Shown here: positions 50,240-60,920 of the stretch, in pieces | Layout of the letters: the number at the start of each line of letters is the position of its first letter | Position numbering within the stretch: the stretch's first letter is position 1 | Translations under genes and position numbers: made by a program | Notes under the pieces: generated by a model | Told to the model about the DNA's origin: nothing | Database searches by the model: none | What the model saw: only the letters and a program-made list of their open reading frames with translations | Source of the DNA: Klebsormidium nitens | Lineage: Eukaryota; Plantae; Klebsormidiophyceae | DNA: 64,000 bases | Direction: 5' to 3' | Assembly: GCA_000708835.1 (NCBI GenBank) | Contig: DF237061.1 | Coordinates: 130,214 to 194,213, forward strand

Positions 50240-50460
50240 ATCCTACCGTCCGATGATCGGAGGTTTACACGGCCAGAGTAGGTATACCGTATGTAGGTAC
50301 TTGACGGGCACCCGAGGGGCCTAAGGCCCAGGGCCTGCGGCCTGCCTAGCTTCGGCGGTACATGTAAGAGGTAGGCTTAGGTATGAGTACCTACCTACCT
50401 ATTAGTAACTTGATGGGTACCGTACGCTAGGTGCATGTATCAAAAAGTCCCTAGGTACGT
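50240..50460. repeat. Second GTAC/CTAG-rich patch related to 29660-30520
   Basis: Shares GTACCTACCTA and GGCCTGCCT with the 29.9-30.3 kb region. Confidence 0.55.
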
Positions 50461-51314
50461 CTCTTCTGACAGCAACTGTTCGTTGACATCAGCACAAGCT
50501 CATGGATGGGCCTAGCTATAGAAGGCTGTAGGCTGGCTGCGGGCTCAGTGGCTGAAAATCACCTGACCCCTTCAGCTGACATCACTTTCGAACGCGCTTA
50601 TGTTTTTATCAACGGCCCCAATCGTTTTGCTTGAACTGTACGGCTGCGATTGCACGCCGAAGTTGCCGCTAGAGCAGCGGTTACGGGGGTGGATGACTTC
50701 ACATGGGACCGTGACGCACGAGCGAGGGCGGCATTGAGCAGCTTTTTGCATGGTGCATTTGTGGCCTTGAGTCCACAATACAATCAAGCAAGACCACGCT
50801 CTGGCTCAGAACTTGAGGCTCAGCTTCGCAGCCCTGGTTTGAGATACCTTGCAAAGCGAAACCTTCGTCACGTGGAACCTCAAGCACACGTTTTGACAGC
50901 GTGCGCCCTAGTAAGGCCCAGGGCGGCTGGAAGACGGTAGCTAAATTTGCGGTCCCTCCATTCAAGCGTTCTAGAGGTCCTCCTTGCTTTACACAGGGCT
51001 CCAGAAGGGGATAAAGCTGAAATCCACGGCCTCTTGCATATCAAAAGATCTTACCGGTAGGAAAATATCAGCAGCTGGAGACGAATATGACAGGGTCATT
51101 GAAGCTTTGGAGAAGAATTGATAAGGAGAAGTCGGAACGCCATTGACAGCCATTGTAACGAGCACCTCAGAAGCATTTGTAGTCAGTGAAGCTTTTCGAA
51201 GGGATGCTCTTTTCCACCAAGGAAAGCTACAAAGTTGAAAGCGAGCAGGGTTGAGGTGTTCTCTTGATCAGCATGATTGCTCTAGAATTGTTCACCTTTT
51301 GCAGTTCCCAGTGA

Positions 51315-53786
51315 ATGTCAGCAAGCAAGATGGAGGCCATCTTGGCAGAAGCGTTGCCCAAGACGCCCCCCAGAAACAGAGTTTTTCCCATACTCATGCC
51401 TCCACGACCTCTGTCCATTGAGGTAGATGCTATCCTGGAGAAAGAAGCGGCTGTGCTGAGTCCCACTGGACCCAGGACGAGGTCTCCGTCGGTCACTCCC
51501 ATGTCAAGGCTGCCAAGCCCTACTGCTGAGGAGCTTGTGTTGAGGTGAGAACATTTGACTGTTTGAAGGATGCTGATCAACAAAGTGACCATTTGGTTCA
51601 TCGCTGACATGAAGGCAGTCCATTTTGGACCCAAGCAGGCTGGCTGGCAGTGGAAAATGGTGATCCTCTTCCTTGAACAGCTCAATTGTATCCAAATTGT
51701 CTGCAATAGTAAGACATCGTGCTCTGCTTGTATGAAACCAGAACCCATGCCAACATACTGCCATCTTCTTGTCGTCCCAATGGCGATCATGACTTTAGGA
51801 CAGCACAACAGGCTTAGTTTGACATTGCGAAGTTTTGGAAGGCTGCATAAGTTTACATAGACAATAAGACCTTTTGAAATCCACAGCATATTAAGAGAGA
51901 TGGACAAGTCTCTTTTTCGGCTTCAGTTGTTCAATGGGTGGAATGTATGTAGAGGTGCAAACGCATACCTCCATGCACTGACTGGACAAATCTTTCCTGT
52001 CTAAAACCTGTGCAAACGCACTGCTGACAGAAGACCTTTTTGTCCAGATTCTGTGCAAGCGAGTAATGCATATGTGGCCGGATTATCCTGCAGGGAGCAC
52101 ATGGATCTGCTTATGCTTGATGTTGCCAACAAGACACAGGAGGCTGGCCTAAATCTAGAAGATGCCTTTCCAGAGGACGCGGCCAAGGTGACCAGCAGTG
52201 AGTTGACAGCCTTTCTGCAAGAGGCGGGGTTGGATAACGCAGCAGAGACAGCGAATGAGATGGTAAGTTCTTTGTTGCGCAGGATTTGTGTGCCTGCAAA
52301 GAGCAGGATCTGAATAGGCTCTGCCTCAGCAGGGGTTAAATTGCATATTGTTTGTGATTTGGCAACCTTGACTCTGCGCGCACTTGTTTACTCACCAAAA
52401 TGGTAGTCTCAGCTTTAAGCACGTTCTCTGGGCGTTTCCACAAGATCGAGTGTTCCAAGAGCTCAAAGCCTTGTAATAACCAAGAATCTTCTGATGGATG
52501 CAGATTGCTGGCTGTAAGAAGTACGTCGGCGACAAGTCTTCAATGAGCCCCGCTGAGTTGAAGGTACACACACTGAAGCAGGCCCTCCGAGTAGCAGTTG
52601 CAAAGTAAGTGACCGTTCAAGAACGTTTCAACCTCTGTGTCTCAGATGTATCCATTGTTCCCTCTTTACACATCTACAGGAATCAACGCAGCTGAATCCA
52701 AGTTAAGTTGCATTGCAAGCCCTGCGTTGACCTGTCTCATTGGTATCAAGTTTTGAGTGCCCTTGACCTGTTTCTCTCTGCAGCGGTCCCTTCTGCACGA
52801 TGATCAGACCACCCGTGAGCCTTTGAAAGGTTGCTTGTTGAACGAACTGATCTTCAAGAAAGTCGCTAACACTACCCAACTCTTCCAAGTCTTTCAAAGG
52901 TCTAATCAAACCCTTGCTGTTCCTCTGCAGATCCCTCAGGCCCCGCAGCCGCAGCAGCTGTCACTCCAGCCCCTCCACCCTTCCCAACTCCCGCCTCACG
53001 ACCCCTCTGTCTACCCACGTCAGCGGCAGCCCCACACTCGCCCTGATCGAAGAAAACCCGCAGCCCCTCCAAGCGAGCCCCGCCAGCCCTGGCGGCAGCC
53101 GCAAGAAGCTCGGTCGCACCCGGTTTGGGCGGTCCCCAGATAGCGCCTGCCTGCAACGCAGCCCGGAGAGAGCGCCCCGGGCGGTCCCGATCGTCATTGA
53201 CGAGAACCAGCCGACGGCACCGGGCAGGAAAGAGCTGAGCCCGCCGCTGCGGGGGCCTGCGAGCGCCGACCCCTTCGCGTGCCAAAACGGCGTGCGCCTG
53301 CAAAAGGAAGCTTCGAAGGAGGCCGCTCTATTCGGCTCCCCCCCGAAGCAGCCCTTCCTGGAGCTGAGAGACCTCAACTCCAAACCCCTGCCAGGGTTTA
53401 TCAGCCAGGTGGCAATCACAGCGTCCGCCAAGCAGCACCTCGCGGCCGGGGCTGCGGGCTTTGGCAACGGGACGCAGCGCAAGCTCACGTTCGGCTCCGA
53501 GGGGATGAGCGAGGATCTGTTGGCCGGGTTTGCCCTACCGGGAAGCGCAAGGGGAAAGAAAAGGGCGAGTCGGAGAAAGTATCGGCAGGTGCCCGGGGAT
53601 GCCAGCGGGGAGACGGGGGAGGCTACCGGCGTGGGGTCGGCGGCCGGGGGGCCCAGCTCTGTAGCAACGGAGGGGGTTTCCAAGACCCCGCCTCTGTCTC
53701 CGCTCCATTTTCTGATGAAACTGACGAGCCTCTGGCAGCGAGACTCGCCGAAGGCAGCAGATCGGACCGCTGTTGAGGCACAATGA
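51315..53786 (+). CDS. Hypothetical Ser/Pro-rich, largely disordered protein
   Basis: Candidate exons 51315-51544, ~52048-52262, 52504-52604, 52931-53786. The last three splice in phase. The first junction does not, so an exon is missing or mis-set. No recognisable domain. Confidence 0.55.
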
Positions 53787-55811
53787 TTGAGGACTTTCCT
53801 ATTAAGCACAGGTTGAGGTGATACTGTATAAAAGAGTGAAGCTTGTTGACGTCAAACGGTAATGATCATTGCCGAGGGTAAGACCAGAGCTATAGAACCG
53901 TATGCTAGTGATGCCAGGTGTCATCGAAACTCTTTAATCTACACGCGCGCGTAGGCCTTGGTGATCTCGAAATAGTAGACTGGGTAACGTAGCGAACAAG
54001 CGGGTTAAGTGATGCGCGTGGGTAGAAAGTAAGATAAAAGCCGTTTGAAGTCGGGTCTCGTGCTTCTGGTAGCAGTCGTCGACTTCAACCGTCTATACGT
54101 TAGAAAGCTATTACACGAAGCACCCGTCGTGAGTATAGGACCGTTGTATGTCAAATTGAACGCGTGTGTATCCGTGCTTTCACTCTCTATATAGAGATCA
54201 GAAGCCACCTCATACTTTACGAAAGTACTTTTCTGAGGACCGCACAAGGAGCAGGTTCGAAGCAATTTGTCCTTCCGCAAGATCTAAAAACGACATATCG
54301 CATTTGATATCTACCGCCGATATTTCGTTTTTGAACAATTTGTCATGCATGAGCCTATCTAGTGTGCTTAACTATGGGCACGTATATTCTGACGGTATAC
54401 CGTCAGAACATGGATAGTCGCATGGAGACTCTCAGAACTCCAATGTAAATCAATCTTGAACTATAGCAAAAGGCGACTCCTACCTGAGCTCCACGGGGGA
54501 AAGTATGAATCTTGCTCGAAATCATCGACCACTGCAAATGGGTCCGACGCAAGCTTTCCTTGACTTCGGCGCAATCAAGTACTCATCTTCCTGTAATCAA
54601 CGTCCTGATCCGTGGCTCTATCACCAAATCCATACGTGTAATCAAAGTGAACGCCGTGGCAAAAGCATAAAACAGTATGGCCGCATTCCGTGTCTGGCCG
54701 CAATCCGTGCTCGTCAGGCTGATTGAGGCAGCCAAATGCTCCTAAACGAGGCTTTATCCAGATCACTGATGAAGGGCAGTGAACATTGAATGCTAGGAAA
54801 GAGTTCAGCCGTTGATATGGGCTGATGAAGATTGTGAAGGAGAGAGTTCGCGGGATCTGCATGAGCGTGAGCGAATCAAGACGACGAAGTTGACTTGTTC
54901 GGCACATCCAATGGCCGCAGGGGGCAGACTGCCCTCCTCTCCGAGTCTACCGACAAAGGCATCAAAGCATATGTAAAACATTTAATCGTCATCGGAGCGA
55001 AATGAGCCAAAAACAGACGTGAGGTGACATGTATTTGACGCCCAGAGCCATGAACGTAACACTCGATGTTGATTCAAAAATTTGGAAAGTCCCTTTCAGT
55101 CTGCGGACCTACCCTTGTGGATCGCTGATGGGCAAAAGATACGAGATTCCTGAAATCGCCCTTCGGGGCAACGTCGATCCTCTGTGACCCTCATGATCAG
55201 ACTCCTACCTAAAGTGGAAACAAATCATGCAAGAGGATCCCAAAGGAACACGCACCTATCTAGGTTCGTACGGGTTAGCTTTCGTGTCTGACTTCTCCGT
55301 TCGTCGAGAATGCTCAGGGCCAGACTCACCGGCGGATTGCTTCGGAAAGTTTCCCTGCATCTTCTGCCGGTTCTCCACACTCATTTGCAGCCAGTGTTTC
55401 CCTGCCAAAATCGTGCGTGGGTAGTAAGAGCGTAGTTGCAGATGAGAAGCGACTGTAGGTACGCAGATCAAAGTACAAGAGTCAGAAAGGATAACCTATG
55501 AGGCCACTGCATTTTGAAGCTTGGATGCGATCACCCCATCAATTGCAGAATGGTCGGCCGTCTCAGAGTCAGCTTTCGCCAACCAGCTCATCAGAACGCT
55601 CCGCTCCCTTCGAGTTTGACTTTCCTTCTGAATTGAACATGAAAGCGTGAAATCTTTTCACCCTCACATTGTTAACTTTGCGAAACTCCATCCATGTGTT
55701 TTATTGGAAGGTCCTACTTTATTGAACTCTGGTTCATTCATAAGCTTTGGAAGAGCGGAGGTCGCCGGTCGTCAAACCTCGACGGGTTTGGAAACGGGGA
55801 TTGCAAAAGTG

Positions 55812-55988
55812 TGGAGCCGGCTGGAGTCGAACCCGCATCTCTCACGGCAATCGCTCAGCTTTCTGATCGTCACTGTGCCTCGTTTTGGGCTCAAGCTGAC
55901 GTCTCAGTGCGTCCTGACGCCATTCAATCGCTCGGGCAACCGCGTTCAGCAGTCCGCCCTGGCGCTCTACCAATTGAGCTACGGCCCC
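55812..55988 (-). ncRNA. tRNA-Ala-like RNA 'A' (177 nt): acceptor, D and T arms intact, anticodon arm replaced by a ~115-nt structured insert
   Basis: GGGGCCG-TA-GCTC-AATTGGTA-GAGC-G-CCAG...GAGAGAT-GCGGG-TTCGACT-CCAGC-CGGCTCC-A, followed by CAC-TTTT. G3.U70 and A73 are present. No canonical anticodon loop. Confidence 0.8.
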
Positions 55989-56021
55989 ATTCCCGAACTT
56001 CTTATCTGTAAATCTGTTCGG

Positions 56022-56091
56022 TATATAAGTCTTCAGTCTAGAAAACAGCTTAATTGTGGGTATGTCTCGTCAACGGGCAGCTCGGCCGTCC
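56022..56091 (-). promoter_or_regulatory. Putative Pol III upstream promoter of RNA A
   Basis: GGACGGCCGAG (56091-56081), CCCACAATT (56060-56052) and TTATATA (56028-56022). All three have counterparts upstream of RNA B. Confidence 0.6.
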
Positions 56092-57458
56092 AACTCCGAA
56101 TCTACGGTGCAGGTGCTGCTTCAGGGCCTATTCGGACAGTTCGAGGTAGCAGAGTCAGCCGTTGAAACCTCTGCAAACAGTCAATGATTCGTTTGCGTCT
56201 ACTGATGAGAGGTTGGAGATAAGATGTTGATAATGAAAAGGAAGCGTTCCAGTCATGGTTCTTCCAGTGATACTCTACAAAACATACATTCGAATCACTA
56301 TGTTCCATGTCAGATATGTACGTCAAGGACCTTTGACTTGCGTAAGTCAAGGCTGACTGGTAAGTTCAGTTTCTTTGGCGATTGCGGGGCGATCAAAATA
56401 GTGAGCTTCGCATCTTTACTGCGTTTGCAGCTCTCCTCCCTTCTATAAATGTCAGCCTGCAGCCCCGGCCGTTACATACTCATAGCGCCCAGTAATGAGG
56501 GCGAGGGAAAAGTATGGCCCCCGAAAATCGACCACCCTCTTTTCCTTATTCAGCGCCTAGCAGCCTTGATCCGCTTGAGCGCTAAATCGACTATACCAAT
56601 GAAAGGAGTTGTCAGGATTTTTGGGCATGGTTGTGGTTGCATGAATGGATATGGCTCCACATGTCTGAACATCCAGTTAATTTCCTGATAAGTCGACTTG
56701 TGACGCCGGCTGTCTCCCAGTGGCAAATCAGAACGTAATGGAAAATCGATAATCTGGCGATCAAGGCCGAGGCCAAACTGTTGGACAGCTTTGGCGACGA
56801 GGCGAGGTCGTCCGGATCCAGGAGGCGCCTTCGACTGTTTTTTCGTTTGGCTATGCCAGTATGACCAAGGTTCATGACGTGTTTGAATTCTGTCACGTCT
56901 AACGCTCAAACAGCATTTCAACCTCGGGTAATGGAAAGATCCATTGTTTCTAACCCCTTACGTCGTAGTTGCAGAGACCCATAGTCAGGAGGGGCCCATG
57001 GCGGAATCGATGCATTGAAGCTGGAGTCTTGCGACCGCCAGGCGACGCCCCGTCTTTCTTCGCAATCATGTCAGCTTGGCTATGAACCAAAAGTTTTACT
57101 GCTGCTGAAGCAGAGGCACTGAAAGAGGACTGAATCGCTCAGAAAGACAGTGCGTCTTGATCAGGTGCGCCTTCACAAGCAACGCAGTGGCAGAATATCT
57201 CAAGTCTAAACAGATCACAAGATAGTCAAACGCCCCCGTAGGATACGAATTTTACCGTCCAACCATCTTTGACGCATCCCTTTTGACACCTGTCCAGCAT
57301 TATTCACTTGTCACATCATGTTGGTCTGTCTGCAGAACCAAGACGGACGTGTCGACGTGGCAAAAAAAGGCTACGTGACCGCAGTTCTACGCCATTGCTG
57401 GACAGGACAGCCGGTGCGGGCGCTTAATTGTGGTCTTCTCAGTTCGAGGGATTGAAAA

Positions 57459-59392
57459 ATGGCGTCAAGCATGTCAATGGCGCCGGCGGCGGGTCATTGG
57501 CTGGCAGCATCGCGTCGCGTCCTGAATCCTGAAGGTGGCGCGTCTGTGGGAAAGAGGGACGTCCACATTTTGCAGAGGTTAAATATCACTATGCCAAACG
57601 GGCCTTCAAATCTCCTTGGTAGAGAGCTTCAGCGCTCTCAGAATATGGCACTGCCCACTACAAGGTTAAAATTCCATTGCACTAAGAGGCCCTGTCACAT
57701 GGCCCGCCCTTTCTGTACTCTCGCATCAAGCAGAACCCCAGATGCATCCTGGCAGTGGCCACGTGGCGAAGCCTTTTTTCGGAGGCAGCCGTCCCGTCTA
57801 AGCAGATCAGACGCTCGCCCGTTGTACAAGACCATGCCAGCTTTGGGTCTGAACACGGGAGCGCCGCTCAGGAAGTGGGTGCAAAAAGATGCACCTGGCT
57901 ATGCTTTTGGCTTCACAGCAACGCCAAGTGACCTCGCGAGGGCGCAGCCAAGCGCCGCGGAAGCTAAGGCAGGGAGTATCGAACGGCTGGAAAAGAGGGG
58001 GAAGGGGAAAATGAAAGCAGGGGGAGCGAGCCCCGGGGAACCTAGCTCAGGAGAGCAGAGCCCGGAGGAGCCCACCGAGCCGCCCCTGGGCCCCGACGTC
58101 TCGCTCAGACTTTCCGCGGAGACCGTGACCCTGGCTGCTTTCGCTCTCAGTTTGTTCGCCCTTTCGTGCTCTGTCCTCCCGCCTCTGAGGATCGCAAACT
58201 TGCCCCTTCCTGACGCCGTTCTTCTCCACATATTGCTGACGTCAAACGCCATCTACCTCGAATGGGCGGCGCTGCAATCATTCAAGAACGGCACAGCTAC
58301 GACGGGCAGGCTGCTGACGCGGCACCCGGGGCTTCCCCCCGACTGGCACATGTTATCCGACCCCAAAACTGTTGGAGATAAGTACTTCAACTTATCCACC
58401 TAGGCCATCCCTGCGCAGGGATGGCCTAGGTGGATAAGTTGAAGTACTTATCTCCAACAAAAACAAACCGGGCTTGCTTCTACAACTCGGTCAGCAAAGT
58501 CGTTCAGTGGGATCCCCCGCCCTCGCTCCTACTTACTACCTCAAGGGCCTCCCCCGGGCTGTTTGGAACTCTGACCCTGTTCTTCGACGGTTTCTTTCAG
58601 CAACTCGGGGGACTCCTGCAGCCAGTCGTGACGATCGGGCTGTACTTGAGCACAGTCGTAACGGTCTACTGCTTCTCGCGCGGTCTCTACGGGGGCCAAC
58701 TAGGTGTGGGGACGAGTTTCTTCCTCTCGGCGGCTTTCCTCACGCTTCCACAGCCGCTGCTCCTCCTAGTTATTGCGCTCAGTTCACGGCCTTCCTTCCT
58801 GAACGGAATTGTTGCCGCTCGGTGCGAGTCAGCTCTCTGCGTCACGCTCCTCATCAGTGTTCTCCCCGGGCTCTTCTCCACCCTCGGAACAATCCACCGG
58901 GCTGCCGAAGCGCGCCTGCCTCGTTGCCGTCTTCCCTGGAACTGCGAGTGTTTCCTGCGACTCCTGGTCGCTCTTTGCCCCGCCCTCAGTTCGAGGCTCC
59001 ACCCCTACGCCCTCAGACTGGACTACGCCCGGGTGGCGCTTCTCCCGCTACCCTATAGTGTTCCCCTTCCGGTGCCCGTACCACGCTGGGAACTCTTGAA
59101 GTCTTCCTGGAGAGCGCTTTTGTACGCCGCGCCGATGGTACTCCCCCTGGCGCGGCTGCTCGCGGCCGCGCCGATGGGTTTACCAGCGCGCACATTTTGC
59201 ACCCTGGTTGTTTGGTCGAGGCCGGTGCAGATCAGTGCGTGTGTCTCGGCCGTCACTTTTCTGCTCGGGCGACAGAGGGCGGCGTACGAGGTCGCTTTGG
59301 AGGAGAAGAACAAGGAAGAAGATGCGGAGGTCGAGACCTTGGACAAAATGCTGCTTCAGGAGTTTGACAGCAGGATGCTGGATCACACATAA
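57459..59392 (+). pseudogene. Intronless multi-TM protein with a central WW domain; reading frame broken by a 95-bp insertion
   Basis: ORFs 57459-58403 and 58430-59392 join into one 612-codon frame when the palindrome plus one TSD copy is removed. This restores the WW motif LPPDWHMLSDPKTNRACFYNSVSKVVQWDPP. Confidence 0.8.
58370..58459. mobile_element. Perfect 90-bp palindromic mini-element, TG...CA ends, 5-bp TSD
   Basis: TGTTGGAGATAAGTACTTCAACTTATCCACCTAGGCCATCCCTGC followed immediately by its exact reverse complement. AAAAC lies at 58365-58369 and 58460-58464. Confidence 0.95.
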
Positions 59393-60506
59393 CTTGCTCT
59401 TTTTGATAAGATCTGGCGATAAGAAATCAGAGAACGAGTGAGAATCCCAGAGCACTGCCGAATTCAGCCGGATCTATAGAGTAGACGTGCCTTATGCTGT
59501 CCAGTGACTGGAACAATTGACCCAAGAAGTGATGTAAGAGGACCTCAGTCTCGCACGTTTTTCGTGTCGACGTCAGATCCACAAATTCGTCTAGCTTTGG
59601 ACTTTCTTCATGAAATTTTATCGGCAGTGTCGGAACGGGCTCGGTTCATTATTTATGCCCAATGACATGGCTTAATTGATTGTGGGTCACATTTGAGCAG
59701 CCAGATCCGGACGCTTTAACGTGTCCATATGATCTCGGTACGTCATTGACGTCATTTGCGGACCGTTCACAGTACTAATCGCGACCACATGAGTACGAAC
59801 AAAAAAAAAGCTGAAGACACTGGAAATGAGTTGCTATTGGACGAGCAAAGCTTGGCGCCGGAGGTTGCAGTGAGGTTGTTAAATGAGAACTTAGAGGCGA
59901 CAGGGAAAGGCGGAGTCAACAGGCCACTTGAGCGCAGATTGCAATGATATCTGCATAGCCCCTATTTCCTGCTTCACATCTTCAATAAGTAGATTTGTTT
60001 GCATGAAGCGTACGCGTCGGGTTTTCATATAATGATTCGCAAAAAAGATGGCTTCGTAGCACACAGGCTGAGTAGTTGGTATGCCTGCAATCCTTCAGGA
60101 GCGGCGGCTATTGCGACGAGCATGGACAAAATACCTCGGGAGTCCTTGCATACGTCTTAAGCAGAAGCATCAATTTTTCCCGGCAGTCCAATTTGTATTA
60201 CACCGCTCATGAGTATACGTACTTCTTATGACACGTCAAGAAGATGATCAACATGAATCTCTCAACAATCTGAACGTCTACGGATGTCTTGCTCTTCCGA
60301 GAGTTCAACATGGGATTTCGACGTACGCTGTAAGCCGCCTTTGCGCCACGACAAGATGACAGAGCGGCGGTTCTACAAGACGGAGCCTCTGGCTCGGCGG
60401 GACTCGGTGGCACGTCGCGGGCACTTTACGCAACGTACAGTTTCATTTTGAACCCGTATAACTGGTTAGATGTTAGCAGAACACCTCGACCGTCGAGTGT
60501 GACATC

Positions 60507-60584
60507 GGACGGTCGAGACTCGAAGTCCGACGCAGGCGACGTTCGCCCACAAATTTCGACGCCCGCCGATTGACGGTTTATTTA
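60507..60584 (+). promoter_or_regulatory. Putative Pol III upstream promoter of RNA B
   Basis: GGACGGTCGAG (60507-60517), CCCACAAATT (60546-60555) and TTTATTTA (60577-60584). Confidence 0.6.
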
Positions 60585-60611
60585 CCGGCCAACCTCTGTC
60601 TGGACAGTTCA

Positions 60612-60920
60612 GGGGCTGCAGCTCAAATGGCAGAGCGCCAGAATGACCGGCATTGCCAAAGTGGCATGCATGTTAACGGTCTTCGCCTCAATCTGAGCTC
60701 GCCCCGCGAGGATTGCGTGTGTGCGAGCTACGGGGGTTGCCGTTGCGGTCTCGTTTCGTAAGTTCGGGCGAGACCGGCCTGGTGAACCGGGGCCGCGGAT
60801 ACCTGCCTTGCCGGGCCCGGGGAGTCTCTCGGGATAGTCCAGGGGGCTTCGCAGGGCGGTCAAAGAAACCGGGTTTGCTAGGTTGGCTGAGAGATGCGGG
60901 TTCAAGTCCCGCCAGCTCCA
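60612..60920 (+). ncRNA. tRNA-Ala-like RNA 'B' (309 nt): acceptor, D and T arms intact, anticodon arm replaced by a ~250-nt multi-hairpin insert
   Basis: GGGGCTG-CA-GCTC-AAATGGCA-GAGC-G-CCAG...GAGAGAT-GCGGG-TTCAAGT-CCCGC-CAGCTCC-A, followed by AAC-TTTTT. G3.U70 and A73 are present and the T stem is perfect. Confidence 0.85.

Noticed and set aside
50650-51200. Possible extra 5' exons of the Ser/Pro-rich gene
   Set aside because: Candidate frames hit stops, and an in-frame TGA precedes ATG 51315.
52961-53809. 282-aa antisense ORF, and similar antisense ORFs over UBP, RLK and MFS exons
   Set aside because: Shadows of GC-rich coding exons on the opposite strand.
54005-55700. Short ORFs upstream of RNA A's 3' end
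   Set aside because: No family motifs or consistent exon chain.
55843-55932. Stop-terminated 29-codon frame in the RNA A insert (AIEWRQDALRRQLEPK...)
   Set aside because: No counterpart in RNA B and a length expected by chance. Not evidence of a tag ORF.
58360-58440. Programmed frameshift or readthrough stimulated by the hairpin
   Set aside because: No proper X XXY YYZ slippery site, and both frames contain TAG inside the palindrome.
60612-60920. Calling RNA A/B a bona fide tmRNA or an intron-containing tRNA-Ala
   Set aside because: A full D stem is present (tmRNA lacks one), and there is no recognisable resume codon or tag peptide. Positions 33-37 are not U-NGC-R, and the strand before the variable loop cannot form a 5-bp anticodon stem after removing a canonical intron.
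55812-60920. Telomerase, SRP, RNase P/MRP or snoRNA identity
   Set aside because: No CCCTAAA-type template, no SRP helix-8 motif, no GAGGAAAGUCC, and no convincing terminal C/D pair.
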